Source: a virus
Taxonomy: Duplodnaviria; Caudoviricetes
Reading direction: 5' to 3' (one strand)
IMG/VR virus record: IMGVR_UViG_3300014202_001124
Span: 1-35,799 of that record
DNA: 35,799 nt
The position numbers and the translations under genes were made by a program. The notes beneath the pieces are model-generated. The model was given only the letters and a program-made list of their open reading frames with translations, ran no database searches and was not told the DNA's origin. Shown piece by piece: positions 1 through 7,627 of the stretch (within the stretch, counting starts at the first letter, position 1; each line of letters starts with the position of its first letter).

Positions 1-372
1 ATTAGAAAGGCCAAACAAATCTTTGATTGCTTGCTGTCTTAGGCCCGCTCGTTGCCCTTGAAGCTTTTCTGCAAACTCTTGGGAGGCTTGCGTCTGAGCT
101 AAAGCATGTCCACTTGAATGTCTTCCGGCATCACCCATACCAGAGAATCTAGAAGCTAAGTTTCCTTGCTGAGCGCCAAAATCTCTAAGACCCTGTCTTT
201 CTAGTTCTGCCATAAGCTCTGGATCCCCAGCTGCAAGTCTTGCTAGATAAGAATCTGGACCCACCTGGCCAAACATGTCTTTAAAAAGCTGCATTTGTTC
301 TGGTGTGAACCTTTGAAAGCTCTCGACATTCTTTCCACCGACAGATCCGCCAGAAAAAGGGTTAAGTTTCAT
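1..372 (-). CDS. Partial CDS running off the left edge; probable virion DNA-ejection/pilot-type protein
   Basis: Absent from the ORF track. ATG at 372 preceded by AAAGGAG. Open to position 1: MKLNPFSGGSVGGKNVESFQRFTPEQMQLFKDMFGQVGPDSYLARLAAGDPELMAELERQGLRDFGAQQGNLASRFSGMG...AQTQASQEFAEKLQGQRAGLRQQAI. The Q/A/G-rich helical composition resembles podovirus ejection proteins (product is inference). Confidence 0.6.
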   Translation of the reverse strand, partial: MKLNPFSGGSVGGKNVESFQRFTPEQMQLFKDMFGQVGPDSYLARLAAGDPELMAELERQGLRDFGAQQGNLASRFSGMGDAGRHSSGHALAQTQASQEFAEKLQGQRAGLRQQAIKDLFGLSN

Positions 373-511
373 AAGGACTCCTTTTTTATCCAAGAATATA
401 GGAAATCTTTGGCAAATGCAAAATGATCATATGTAGGATGACTTCGATATGACCTTAAGACCATTTAGTTGATGTCAACGAAATGATCAACGCCGCTGAA
501 TGCGAATAAAG

Positions 512-560
512 ATACGGCCAAATTTACCGATAAAACGGGAATACGGCCATTATACGGCCA
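512..560 (+). repeat. Three direct repeats of ATACGGCCA in an intergenic region
   Basis: Exact 9-mers at 512-520, 541-549 and 552-560; degenerate AAACGGGA at 533-540. Confidence 0.8.
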
Positions 561-598
561 ATTTTGACCAGTAAGTTAATAAAATGTGAACATTTGTG

Positions 599-928
599 CT
601 ATTTTAGCGGTAAATTTGAAGGTAAAGCTCTTTGAAGCTTTAATTTTTGTAAAATAGCCTCTTTTCTTTCCTGCATCTCCATAAGATGTATTCTTAACTT
701 CTCTAACTCCTCAAAGTCAAACCAGTAATGCTCATACCTTTTTTGAGGGAAAGCCGGATTTATGACCCCTTCTTGCACATAATAATGAATATCTGCTGTG
801 GTTATTTGAAATAGATCTGCAGCATCCCATGTAGAAATTACTTCCGGAATCTTTTTTCTTCTCAGATCCCTCCATCTTGGTTTTTTATATTTTGTCTGAG
901 GTTCAGTTCTTGGATTATCTAGCGGCAT
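599..928 (-). CDS. MerR/excisionase-like winged-helix DNA-binding protein
   Basis: ISTWDAADLFQITTADIHYYVQEGVINP...HYWFDFEELEKL fits the MerR/HTH_17 pattern; C-terminal coiled coil. Confidence 0.7.
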   Translation of the reverse strand: MPLDNPRTEPQTKYKKPRWRDLRRKKIPEVISTWDAADLFQITTADIHYYVQEGVINPAFPQKRYEHYWFDFEELEKLRIHLMEMQERKEAILQKLKLQRALPSNLPLK

Positions 929-1028
929 TTTGTTAATCCTGAGCTCTTATTGCAAATTGATATGCAATACGTAAAGTCTGATGGATCTAGGCTGATTGAC
1001 TAGATATATGCGGCGCATATAATTGTCC

Positions 1029-1529
1029 TCACACAGCGTCGAAATTTGAGTCCCCATCAGGGGGCGAACATTGAGTGCTCTGTTCTTCTTCCTGTTTTGG
1101 TTTCGTATTTCCTTGGAGAGATTTTAGCTGATCGGCTATAGACTTGAAGCTCTCAAGAGCCTCGCCAGTAAATTCCACTTCCTTAGGAGTATCTCTTTGG
1201 TTTAATCGATTCTTACCAAGCCAAATTAACATCATAGCGTTTCTTTCATGAGCTAACAAATGTTGAGTTCTTAGTAAATCAAATTCACCCTTAGCACACT
1301 TTTGTTGCTTTAGCTCAGAGAAGCTCATATCCCTATCATCAACACATCTCTTATAAAGAGTACTAACATCAATTCCGATAGCTTCGGCTATTTTAGGTCC
1401 TGAATTACCATCTTCTAACCATTGATCAACTAAATTCCAATCAATAATAGAAGGAGGCCTTGTGACCATTCTCTTTTCTTGATTAGCTTTTTGTTTGGGA
1501 GTGGGATTTTTTGCTACACCTTTAGGCAT
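1029..1529 (-). CDS. terS: Probable terminase small subunit (HTH type)
   Basis: HTH GNSGPKIAEAIGIDVSTLYKR followed by AMMLIWLGKNRLNQRD, a motif typical of phage HTH-type small terminases. Confidence 0.65.
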   Translation of the reverse strand: MPKGVAKNPTPKQKANQEKRMVTRPPSIIDWNLVDQWLEDGNSGPKIAEAIGIDVSTLYKRCVDDRDMSFSELKQQKCAKGEFDLLRTQHLLAHERNAMMLIWLGKNRLNQRDTPKEVEFTGEALESFKSIADQLKSLQGNTKPKQEEEQSTQCSPPDGDSNFDAV

Positions 1530-1535
1530 AAATGA

Positions 1536-1564
1536 AATTTAGCATGGCAACAAAAAAGTTACAA
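1536..1564 (-). promoter_or_regulatory. Sigma70-type promoter for terS (probably leaderless) containing an operator-like palindrome
   Basis: TTGTAA-N17-TAAATT with TGn extension; the ATG lies 7 nt after the -10. GGCAAC-AAAAAA-GTTACA at 1546-1563. Confidence 0.55.
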
Positions 1565-1604
1565 TAGTTAGGTAAGGGGTTTAGGGTATGAGAGGAGGGT
1601 CAAG

Positions 1605-1633
1605 TGAGCTATAGAGGGCGCTTCTATAGCTCA
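1605..1633. terminator. Perfect 11-bp stem-loop at the end of the replication operon
   Basis: TGAGCTATAGA-GGGCGCT-TCTATAGCTCA, overlapping the stop of 1624..1788. No strong U-tract, so terminator function is uncertain. Confidence 0.45.
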
Positions 1634-1788
1634 AGAGATGGTTTATTTTGGGTGTCATCGTTAGTGTTGTAAACTTCTACGTCTAAGATGCTTTGCAGAG
1701 ACAGGTGATCATCATTTAGGTAAAAAACGATTTGTTTTTTGTTTCTCTCAATGATGACGATTTTGAAGGTATCATCAAGTATTGCCAT
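1624..1788 (-). CDS. Hypothetical protein, 54 aa
   Basis: Below the ORF-track cutoff. MAILDDTFKIVIIERNKKQIVFYLNDDHLSLQSILDVEVYNTNDDTQNKPSLEL; TAATG overlap with the upstream gene. Confidence 0.6.
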   Translation of the reverse strand: MAILDDTFKIVIIERNKKQIVFYLNDDHLSLQSILDVEVYNTNDDTQNKPSLEL

Positions 1789-2108
1789 TAGAAGGGCATT
1801 TCCTCTTGTTTAGGGGTGTTATCTATAGTCATATTTTGACTAGGCACGTGATTTTTGAAATGTTCCTTGGCAGACTCCATGGCTTGCTTGAGGAAGTTCA
1901 ATTTTTTGTTTTCATCAACGAAGTGGATGAAGGGAAAGTATTTAGTTTTTCCTTCTGATTCATAGGGTCTTGAGGGGAAGGAGAGCCATTCAGCAGCCGC
2001 CTGCGCAAACCATGTCATATCACGAATTATGAGTCCCGAGGAGAGCTCGAGATCAAACTTGGCTTTTAGGACTCCTTTTTCCAGGAGTTTGAAGTTAAGA
2101 ATTTTCAT
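1788..2108 (-). CDS. SpoVG-like nucleic-acid-binding protein with SSB-like acidic tail
   Basis: LKAKFDLEL..GLIIRDM..F......WLSFPSRPY...GKTKYFPFI matches the SpoVG pattern; ends QEEMPF. Confidence 0.65.
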   Translation of the reverse strand: MKILNFKLLEKGVLKAKFDLELSSGLIIRDMTWFAQAAAEWLSFPSRPYESEGKTKYFPFIHFVDENKKLNFLKQAMESAKEHFKNHVPSQNMTIDNTPKQEEMPF

Positions 2109-2121
2109 ATAACCTTTATGT

Positions 2122-2334
2122 TTAAGTGTTTTTGTGAGGTTTTGATAAGTAAGTTTCGATATTTTTTTCCGTTTCTACTTCAAATTCATAAGAATTGATC
2201 AGAAAGTTTAAAGACTCTCTGGCGATATTTAGTTCATGATTTTCCAGTAGGGAGGGGTGTCTGAGGACCAGGTAGAAGAGGGTCTCTCGTGTCATTTGTA
2301 ATATTTCAAGTTTTGTAGAGGGCGATAGATTCAC
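2122..2334 (-). CDS. Hypothetical protein
   Basis: 70-aa ORF co-oriented in the early operon, with AAAGGA upstream. Confidence 0.6.
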   Translation of the reverse strand: MNLSPSTKLEILQMTRETLFYLVLRHPSLLENHELNIARESLNFLINSYEFEVETEKNIETYLSKPHKNT

Positions 2335-2444
2335 AGGCTTTCCTTTTGCTGTTTATTTTGTCTTGGTTGAAAGATCTTTGTGTGTGCGTATATTTTTATG
2401 GATTTTGACAGATCGTTGAGCATGGCTCAAGGAAATGATGTTTT

Positions 2445-2996
2445 TCATATATTTCCTAGAGCTTCAGAAAGGGCCTGAGAAAATCTTGGGTTTGTGTAAT
2501 ACACCTCGACAGTTCCTTTCTTGGTTAGTACTTTTACGCTTAAGTTGTCATTGTAGACCTTGTCTGATCCAAGAGTTGGTATGCCACTAGCCTTGAATAT
2601 CTTAATCATCTCAAGAGTGTTGTTATGCCATGTGATGAAGTCTTCAGCTCGTCTTCTTCTTTCTTCTGGTGGAACGAAATATTCTCCTGTGTCGTCAATT
2701 TTGTTCCAGATCGACTTAAACTCTACAACGAATTTTTTCTTGATGATCCAAGACTCTATAAGAGCAAATAGTTCTGGATTTAAGCTCATGGGTTCTTTGG
2801 GGTTAAGGTACGGATAAAACTCCATAGCCTTAGATCCTCCAATGTAAATTCCTTTAGATTCTGTCTTAAACTTGAAGGTTTCTTGTTTTCCCCATCTATC
2901 GAATCTAAGTTGTTTAGCCAAATACTCTAAGAACTCACGAACAGCGAATAGCTTTCCTTCATCTTGTTTCTGTGGAGGAAGGTCTTGTTTGTTCAT
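2445..2996 (-). CDS. Hypothetical protein downstream of the replication initiator
   Basis: ATGA overlap with 2993..3868; GGAGG RBS; C-terminus resembles the initiator's C-terminal ~60 aa. Confidence 0.75.
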   Translation of the reverse strand: MNKQDLPPQKQDEGKLFAVREFLEYLAKQLRFDRWGKQETFKFKTESKGIYIGGSKAMEFYPYLNPKEPMSLNPELFALIESWIIKKKFVVEFKSIWNKIDDTGEYFVPPEERRRRAEDFITWHNNTLEMIKIFKASGIPTLGSDKVYNDNLSVKVLTKKGTVEVYYTNPRFSQALSEALGNI

Positions 2997-3868
2997 AGAA
3001 CACCTCCCTTCTTAAGCATGGTTTTGAACTGATCTTCGAACCCATGTTCTTTACACATAAGCTCTTTCCACTGATCATTAATTTTTACCCAAACTACTCC
3101 GCCATGATAGGACACTCGGTCTTCGGAAAGGCCGTTTGTGACTATGAATTTCTGAACCCACTTAGAGTTAGACTCTCTTCGTTCCATGTCTTGCTCATAA
3201 GTCATGGCAAGATCGTTATTTTTCTTCTGCTCTGGGTTAAGAGTGGTTGTAGAGACTTCTCGCTTGAGGAATTGTCGTATAGCGGCAGCATGGTCTTTGT
3301 AGCGCTTTCCGTGCATAGCTTGGTAGTTGTTCACGGCTTCGATGGTTTTGTCGATTGTGGCTTTTGTGTGTTGGTCGCAGAGTTTTGCGTATTGGTCTTG
3401 AGTTAGGAGGACCAGCCCGTCAGTGCCGAACTTTTCTTTTATATTTTCTTTTTCTTTTTTCTGAACTTTATTCTCATATATGTATGCGTCTGATTGGAGA
3501 CTAGCAATTTCTTGCATGTCTGCCTGGCAATTTATTGCTAGTCTGCCTTGCACTGACACATCACTTTCTGGAGGCACAATAGCTTTCAAAATTCGTTGTC
3601 TTCCGTTAAAAGAAACCTGTTCCAACAGACCACTGTCTTTCAGCTGCTTCATTAACTGCCCAAGACGTCTAGTTTTTACATCTAAAAAATCAGCAAGATA
3701 TTCATTTGAGGCATAGCAGCCGCCTCGCTCTTTTGAAAAGAGAGAGTGGATCTCAGCCCATAGTGATTTTGCTGTTATGGAAAGCTTTGGATTTAGCCAA
3801 ATTTCTTTTGGTATCCAAATTCCTTTAAAGTCTCTGTGCATGTTTATCCTCTGATTGTTGTTGCCCAA
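2993..3868 (-). CDS. Phage replication initiator / replisome organiser (N-terminal winged HTH)
   Basis: RDFKGIWIPKEIWLNPKLSITAKSL...GCYASNEYLADFL..KTRRLGQLMKQLKDSGLL (HTH_36-like) and a C-terminal GKRYKDHAAAIRQFLKRE motif. Alternative ATG start at 3841. Confidence 0.8.
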   Translation of the reverse strand: MGNNNQRINMHRDFKGIWIPKEIWLNPKLSITAKSLWAEIHSLFSKERGGCYASNEYLADFLDVKTRRLGQLMKQLKDSGLLEQVSFNGRQRILKAIVPPESDVSVQGRLAINCQADMQEIASLQSDAYIYENKVQKKEKENIKEKFGTDGLVLLTQDQYAKLCDQHTKATIDKTIEAVNNYQAMHGKRYKDHAAAIRQFLKREVSTTTLNPEQKKNNDLAMTYEQDMERRESNSKWVQKFIVTNGLSEDRVSYHGGVVWVKINDQWKELMCKEHGFEDQFKTMLKKGGVL

Positions 3869-3961
3869 AAGCGCATCGGAAGATAAAATTCAGATGCGCG
3901 TCGTTTCCGGGGCGTTTAAGACTCGTGCTTGCATACCAGTTCATTCACGAGTCTTTCTATT

Positions 3962-4360
3962 TTACTCTACTTCATCTTTTTCATATGACTCTTTAGCTTC
4001 CTTGCAACAGGGACAGTCGCACTCTCCCTCAAATCTATCTGGAAACATAGCTTTAAATTTTTCAACTTTGGCGGCTGCTTCGTCCAAGTTTTTCTCAAAA
4101 TCCGGCCCATGCATGATCTTGAATGTCATGGAATAAGAGCAGTCAAGCCTTGGAACACCAATGTTTACACCATCTGGCTCTAAGAAAGATTCAAAAAGAT
4201 GAATTCTATCTCTAAACCTTTGGAAATAAGCGGCATATTTCAGATGTTCTTCTAGACTCATACCATTAATTTGGCCTTTTGGCTTAAGCTTTTCTTCATC
4301 AGCTTTATGTTTTTTATGAAGCGCTGCTGTTCGTGTTCGCTCTTTCATCTTTATGCTCAT
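3962..4360 (-). CDS. Hypothetical protein with C-terminal CxCPCC motif
   Basis: 132-aa ORF with GGAG upstream; ECDCPCCKE may bind metal. Confidence 0.7.
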   Translation of the reverse strand: MSIKMKERTRTAALHKKHKADEEKLKPKGQINGMSLEEHLKYAAYFQRFRDRIHLFESFLEPDGVNIGVPRLDCSYSMTFKIMHGPDFEKNLDEAAAKVEKFKAMFPDRFEGECDCPCCKEAKESYEKDEVE

Positions 4361-4455
4361 TGTCGTAATCTATTGTTGTTCTCCGTTCTCATAGGTGCGG
4401 ATGTTGGTTGTTACCTTTAAGCCCATATATCTAAAAAATAAATGGGCTTTTTCTT

Positions 4456-4710
4456 TTAGAGCCTAAGCATTTTAGTTGCTAGAACTTCCCCGCCAGTTGC
4501 AGCCTCAATCTCTTTTGCGAGTCTAACAGACGGCCTTCTTCTTCCATTAGTAATGTAAGTTAAATATTTAACACTGTACGTCTCAGGAAGAAGAGCGGCA
4601 AACTCTCTAACAGACAATAGCTTGGAAGAAATCCAGGCTTGAAGTGGCGTTTTGGCAAGTTCTGGGGGTGGCTGCTTAAAACCATTGAAGTTTTTATTTT
4701 TCTTTCTCAT
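4456..4710 (-). CDS. Cro/YdaS-like XRE-family transcriptional regulator
   Basis: LSVREFAALL...SVKYLTYITNGRRRPSVRLAKEIEAATGGEV is a classic Cro-like HTH; first gene of the leftward early operon. Confidence 0.8.
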   Translation of the reverse strand: MRKKNKNFNGFKQPPPELAKTPLQAWISSKLLSVREFAALLPETYSVKYLTYITNGRRRPSVRLAKEIEAATGGEVLATKMLRL

Positions 4711-4717
4711 GACAAAA

Positions 4718-4795
4718 ACTGTATCTTAGGGAACCTTTTTTATGCAAGGAACAAAAAGGTTGCCACGAAAACAAGATAATGATATCATGGCAACC
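4718..4795. promoter_or_regulatory. Divergent early promoters with operator-like sites
   Basis: Rightward TTGCCA(4760)-N17-TATCAT(4783); leftward TTGCAT(4747-4742)-N18-TACAGT. Site AGGAAC-AAAAAG-GTTGCC at 4747-4764; inverted pair GGTTGCCA (4758) and TGGCAACC (4788). Confidence 0.65.
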
Positions 4796-4826
4796 ATAAG
4801 CAAAACTTATACAAGGAGATGGACTT

Positions 4827-5012
4827 ATGTATAGAGCAGATGATTGGAATCCAGATGGCATTCACCCACTAGATGACTACATACACATTAATGATGTTAG
4901 AAATGAATACGTTCACAAAGACGACGTAAAGATTCTTTTAGAAGAAATAGATGATCTACATTATCAAGTCAGAAATCTAAAAGAGAGGGTCAAAGAATGT
5001 CTAACGAAATAG
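4827..5012 (+). CDS. Hypothetical protein, acidic with coiled coil
   Basis: AAGGAG RBS; first gene of the rightward operon. Confidence 0.75.
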   Translation: MYRADDWNPDGIHPLDDYIHINDVRNEYVHKDDVKILLEEIDDLHYQVRNLKERVKECLTK

Positions 5013-5743
5013 ATGTGTTTGATAAAGACAAGATTCAGCTAATCAAAGACACGATTGCAAGAGGGGCTACAAATGATGAATTTAAGATCTTTTTGCATGT
5101 TTGTCAAAAGACAGGGCTTGATCCGTTTGCCAAGCAGATATGGCTTGTGAAGCGTTGGGACTCTAATCTTAAACGAGAGTCTATGAGCATCCAAACTGGT
5201 ATCGATGGATACCGCCTTATTGCTGATAGGACCGGAAACTATTCACCTGGAAAGGCGACAACTTTTTCGTATGACGAAGTGGGAAGACTTAAGTCTGCAA
5301 CCGCCTATGTGCTCAAAAGAACTGCAGATGGCACGTGGCACGAAGTGTCTAGTACTGTGCATTGGGAAGAGTATGCGGCTTACAAAAAAGATGGAAATCT
5401 AACCGGTATGTGGGAAAAACTAGGTCACACCATGCTTTCTAAAGTTGCAGAGTCGCATGCTCTAAGGCGCGCCTTTCCAACCGATTTAAGCGGGCTTTAT
5501 ACTAAAGATGAAATGGAGCAGGCGGAAGTCCAAACCATCGAATCTGAGCCTGTAAATCCAACAATTGGAGAATTAGAAGGAGAAGAGCTTTCTAGTCTTG
5601 TCGGCTCTTGCGGAGATGAATACAAAAATAGAGTTGAGTCGGCGCTGAGCAAGCACTACGGCGTTTCAAAGTACGCTGATTTAACTCCAGATATTGCAGA
5701 CAGAATCAAAAAATCTGCCCTTCAAAAGAAATCAGAGGCGTAA
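4997..5743 (+). CDS. bet: Phage recombination protein Bet (RecT/Red-beta single-strand annealing protein)
   Basis: ATNDEFKIFLHVCQKTGLDPFAKQIWLVKRW, SIQTGIDGYRLIADRTG and HTMLSKVAESHALRRAFP..LSGLYTKDEM are hallmark Bet motifs. Confidence 0.92.
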   Translation: MSNEIDVFDKDKIQLIKDTIARGATNDEFKIFLHVCQKTGLDPFAKQIWLVKRWDSNLKRESMSIQTGIDGYRLIADRTGNYSPGKATTFSYDEVGRLKSATAYVLKRTADGTWHEVSSTVHWEEYAAYKKDGNLTGMWEKLGHTMLSKVAESHALRRAFPTDLSGLYTKDEMEQAEVQTIESEPVNPTIGELEGEELSSLVGSCGDEYKNRVESALSKHYGVSKYADLTPDIADRIKKSALQKKSEA

Positions 5744-5744
5744 A

Positions 5745-6617
5745 ATGGAATTAGTTGATATTCAGCAACAAAGCCCTGAATGGTTCACGTGGAGATCTGG
5801 TAAAATTGGAGCATCTGATGCTGCCACGATCATGGGAGACAATCCATGGAAAACTCCATACAAGCTCTGGAAGGAGAAGGTGGGCCTTGACCCCTCTCCT
5901 TTCATTTCTGATGCCATGATGCATGGCGCTAAAACAGAACCTAAAGCTCGGCAAATTTTTGAAGACATGATGGAGTTGGAATTTCCTCCAGCTTGTGTTC
6001 AAAGTACCGAATATGAATGGGCAATTGCATCTCTAGATGGACTCTCATCTTCTGGAGAAATCGTTGAAATTAAGTGCCCTTTTAGCAAAGACCGCTTCTT
6101 TGAAATGATCTTAAACAACAAAGTTCCAAAGGAATACTACGGCCAGCTTCAACATCAAATGATGGTGACTGGCCTCTCTTTTGTCCACTTTTTCGCATAT
6201 TTTGGTGGGGAAACCTTTTATCAGAAGGTGGATAGAGATGAGAATTACATTAAAAACCTTATAGAAGCAGAACAGTTTTTCTACGAATGTATGCAAAATG
6301 GAGACGCTCCAGATCATGCCTCTCATGATCTTGTTGAAAACCTAACCCCTGAATGGATTGAGCTCTCTACCAAGCTTAAAAAAACCGTGGAAAAGCGAAG
6401 AGAATTAGAAGCCATTGAGGACACTATTCGCCAAGAGATTCTTACACTAGCAAACGAGCAGCCAACCAAAGGATCTGGCGTGACGGTTTTCTCTCAGGTT
6501 AGAAAGGGTGGATTGAATCTGAGAGAACTTGAACTGGACATGAAAGTCTCTGGACTAAATTTAGATGACTACAGAAAACCAGATACCAAGTCATGGATTG
6601 TGAAGGTTTCTGATTAA
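5745..6617 (+). CDS. exo: YqaJ/lambda-exonuclease family 5'-3' exonuclease
   Basis: QQSPEWFTWRSGKIGASD, AMMHGAKTEPKAR, ASLDG, VEIKCP, YYGQLQHQMMVTG. Start moved to ATG 5745, directly after the bet stop. Confidence 0.92.
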   Translation: MELVDIQQQSPEWFTWRSGKIGASDAATIMGDNPWKTPYKLWKEKVGLDPSPFISDAMMHGAKTEPKARQIFEDMMELEFPPACVQSTEYEWAIASLDGLSSSGEIVEIKCPFSKDRFFEMILNNKVPKEYYGQLQHQMMVTGLSFVHFFAYFGGETFYQKVDRDENYIKNLIEAEQFFYECMQNGDAPDHASHDLVENLTPEWIELSTKLKKTVEKRRELEAIEDTIRQEILTLANEQPTKGSGVTVFSQVRKGGLNLRELELDMKVSGLNLDDYRKPDTKSWIVKVSD

Positions 6618-6650
6618 ATGTCCCAGAATTTGTGAAAAGTTGGGACATTT
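6616..6650. repeat. Inverted repeat, 10-bp arms with 15-nt spacer
   Basis: AAATGTCCCA-N15-TGGGACATTT, directly after the exo stop. Confidence 0.7.
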
Positions 6651-6736
6651 CAGAAAAAACAACCCACCAATGACTTAAGAAATGGGTGTGTTACAAAGAA
6701 AAATCACGAAATCGATAATAACACCCCTTATTTTTT

Positions 6737-7039
6737 ATGACACTTTACGACATTTTTTTACGTCATTTTGAAGTTGACGTTTTCATGGGGCGAATTATAC
6801 TGTTTCCCATGGACGAAGAAAAAAATCCTCTTACTTTTGAGTTCTCAATAAGCGGATGTCCATTTCGCGATTGGACAGAAATTCGAGATATCATGAAATA
6901 TCGAGAATATAGATTGGCTCTTAATGATATCGATGAGTCTATTAGAAATCGCCTCAAATGGACGGAAGGACTTTCTGAGTCTGAAGCTAAATTCCTAGAA
7001 GATATCCGAGGTCAAATTTGGCCTCTTTTAGATGAATAA
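6737..7039 (+). CDS. Hypothetical phage protein (start may be 6809)
   Basis: C-terminal YRLALNDIDESIRNRLKW..LEDIR helical pattern; weakly similar to 7852..8145. Confidence 0.65.
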   Translation: MTLYDIFLRHFEVDVFMGRIILFPMDEEKNPLTFEFSISGCPFRDWTEIRDIMKYREYRLALNDIDESIRNRLKWTEGLSESEAKFLEDIRGQIWPLLDE

Positions 7040-7137
7040 CCGTCGTTTTTCAACGGTTTCCTACCAAATCGTTATCAATCGGTAGAAAATTGGTATCTGA
7101 AAAAAAATCCAGAAGTCTCTTTTACAAAACTTCTGGA
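7038..7137. terminator. Cluster of three inverted repeats between convergent operons
   Basis: AACCGT/ACGGTT (7038-7058), CTACC-N15-GGTAG (7061-7085), TCCAGAAGT-N12-ACTTCTGGA (7108-7137). Confidence 0.45.
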
Positions 7138-7244
7138 CGGATGTTTGCATATGTACAATGGAGACCTGAAAAACATGTGTGCTCTTCAAGCGTACGCTCC
7201 AATATTACCCTTTGTGAGAGAAAGTGGAAACAAAAAAGTAGCCA

Positions 7245-7442
7245 TTAAAGTGTGTGAAATTGTTTCTTGCCAAGAGTTTTCGAATAGAGAATGGAAACCA
7301 CGTTCTCTTCAAACTTAATATTTATGATCAGATATTCCTTTCCAGAAAGAACGGCACAAGTCTGATCTAATTCGTTTTCAGACACAACCGCTTTATAGAT
7401 CTTGCACCCTGGTGGAATCCGGCTTAAAGGAGATGACATCAA
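7245..7442 (-). CDS. Small beta-alpha-beta-beta family protein (member 8)
   Basis: IYKAVVSENELDQTCAVLSGKEYLIINIKFEENVVSILYSK; stop/start overlap with the upstream gene. Confidence 0.7.
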   Translation of the reverse strand: MMSSPLSRIPPGCKIYKAVVSENELDQTCAVLSGKEYLIINIKFEENVVSILYSKTLGKKQFHTL

Positions 7443-7627
7443 TCATATCCTGTGAAGGCGTTCGACCTGTAAACCATCTCTACTGAGAATGTTTTTTCAT
7501 CCAATGGATGTTTAGAGACGACAACCCACCCTTGAGATGTTTTTAACTTTATCTCCTCTTCTGAAAGAGCGGTATTAAGAGTAAGACATGGGTCTCTAAA
7601 TGCTATTGGTGAACCAAGTGGCGTCAT
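7439..7627 (-). CDS. Small beta-alpha-beta-beta family protein (member 7; DUF4177/DUF1737-like pattern)
   Basis: LTLNTALSEEEIKLKTSQGWVVVSKHPLDEKTFSVEMVYR. Confidence 0.7.
   Translation of the reverse strand: MTPLGSPIAFRDPCLTLNTALSEEEIKLKTSQGWVVVSKHPLDEKTFSVEMVYRSNAFTGYD

Noticed and set aside
512-560. Short repeats as a mini CRISPR array
   Set aside because: The repeats are only 9 bp with 2-20-nt spacing, and no cas genes are present.
2560-4136. Plus-strand ORFs 2560, 3044, 3480, 3855
   Set aside because: They overlap well-supported minus-strand replication genes and have no recognisable motifs.
7141-7248. 35-aa plus-strand ORF (MFAYVQWRPE...)
   Set aside because: It is short, has a weak RBS and lies in the hairpin and operator-containing gap between convergent operons.
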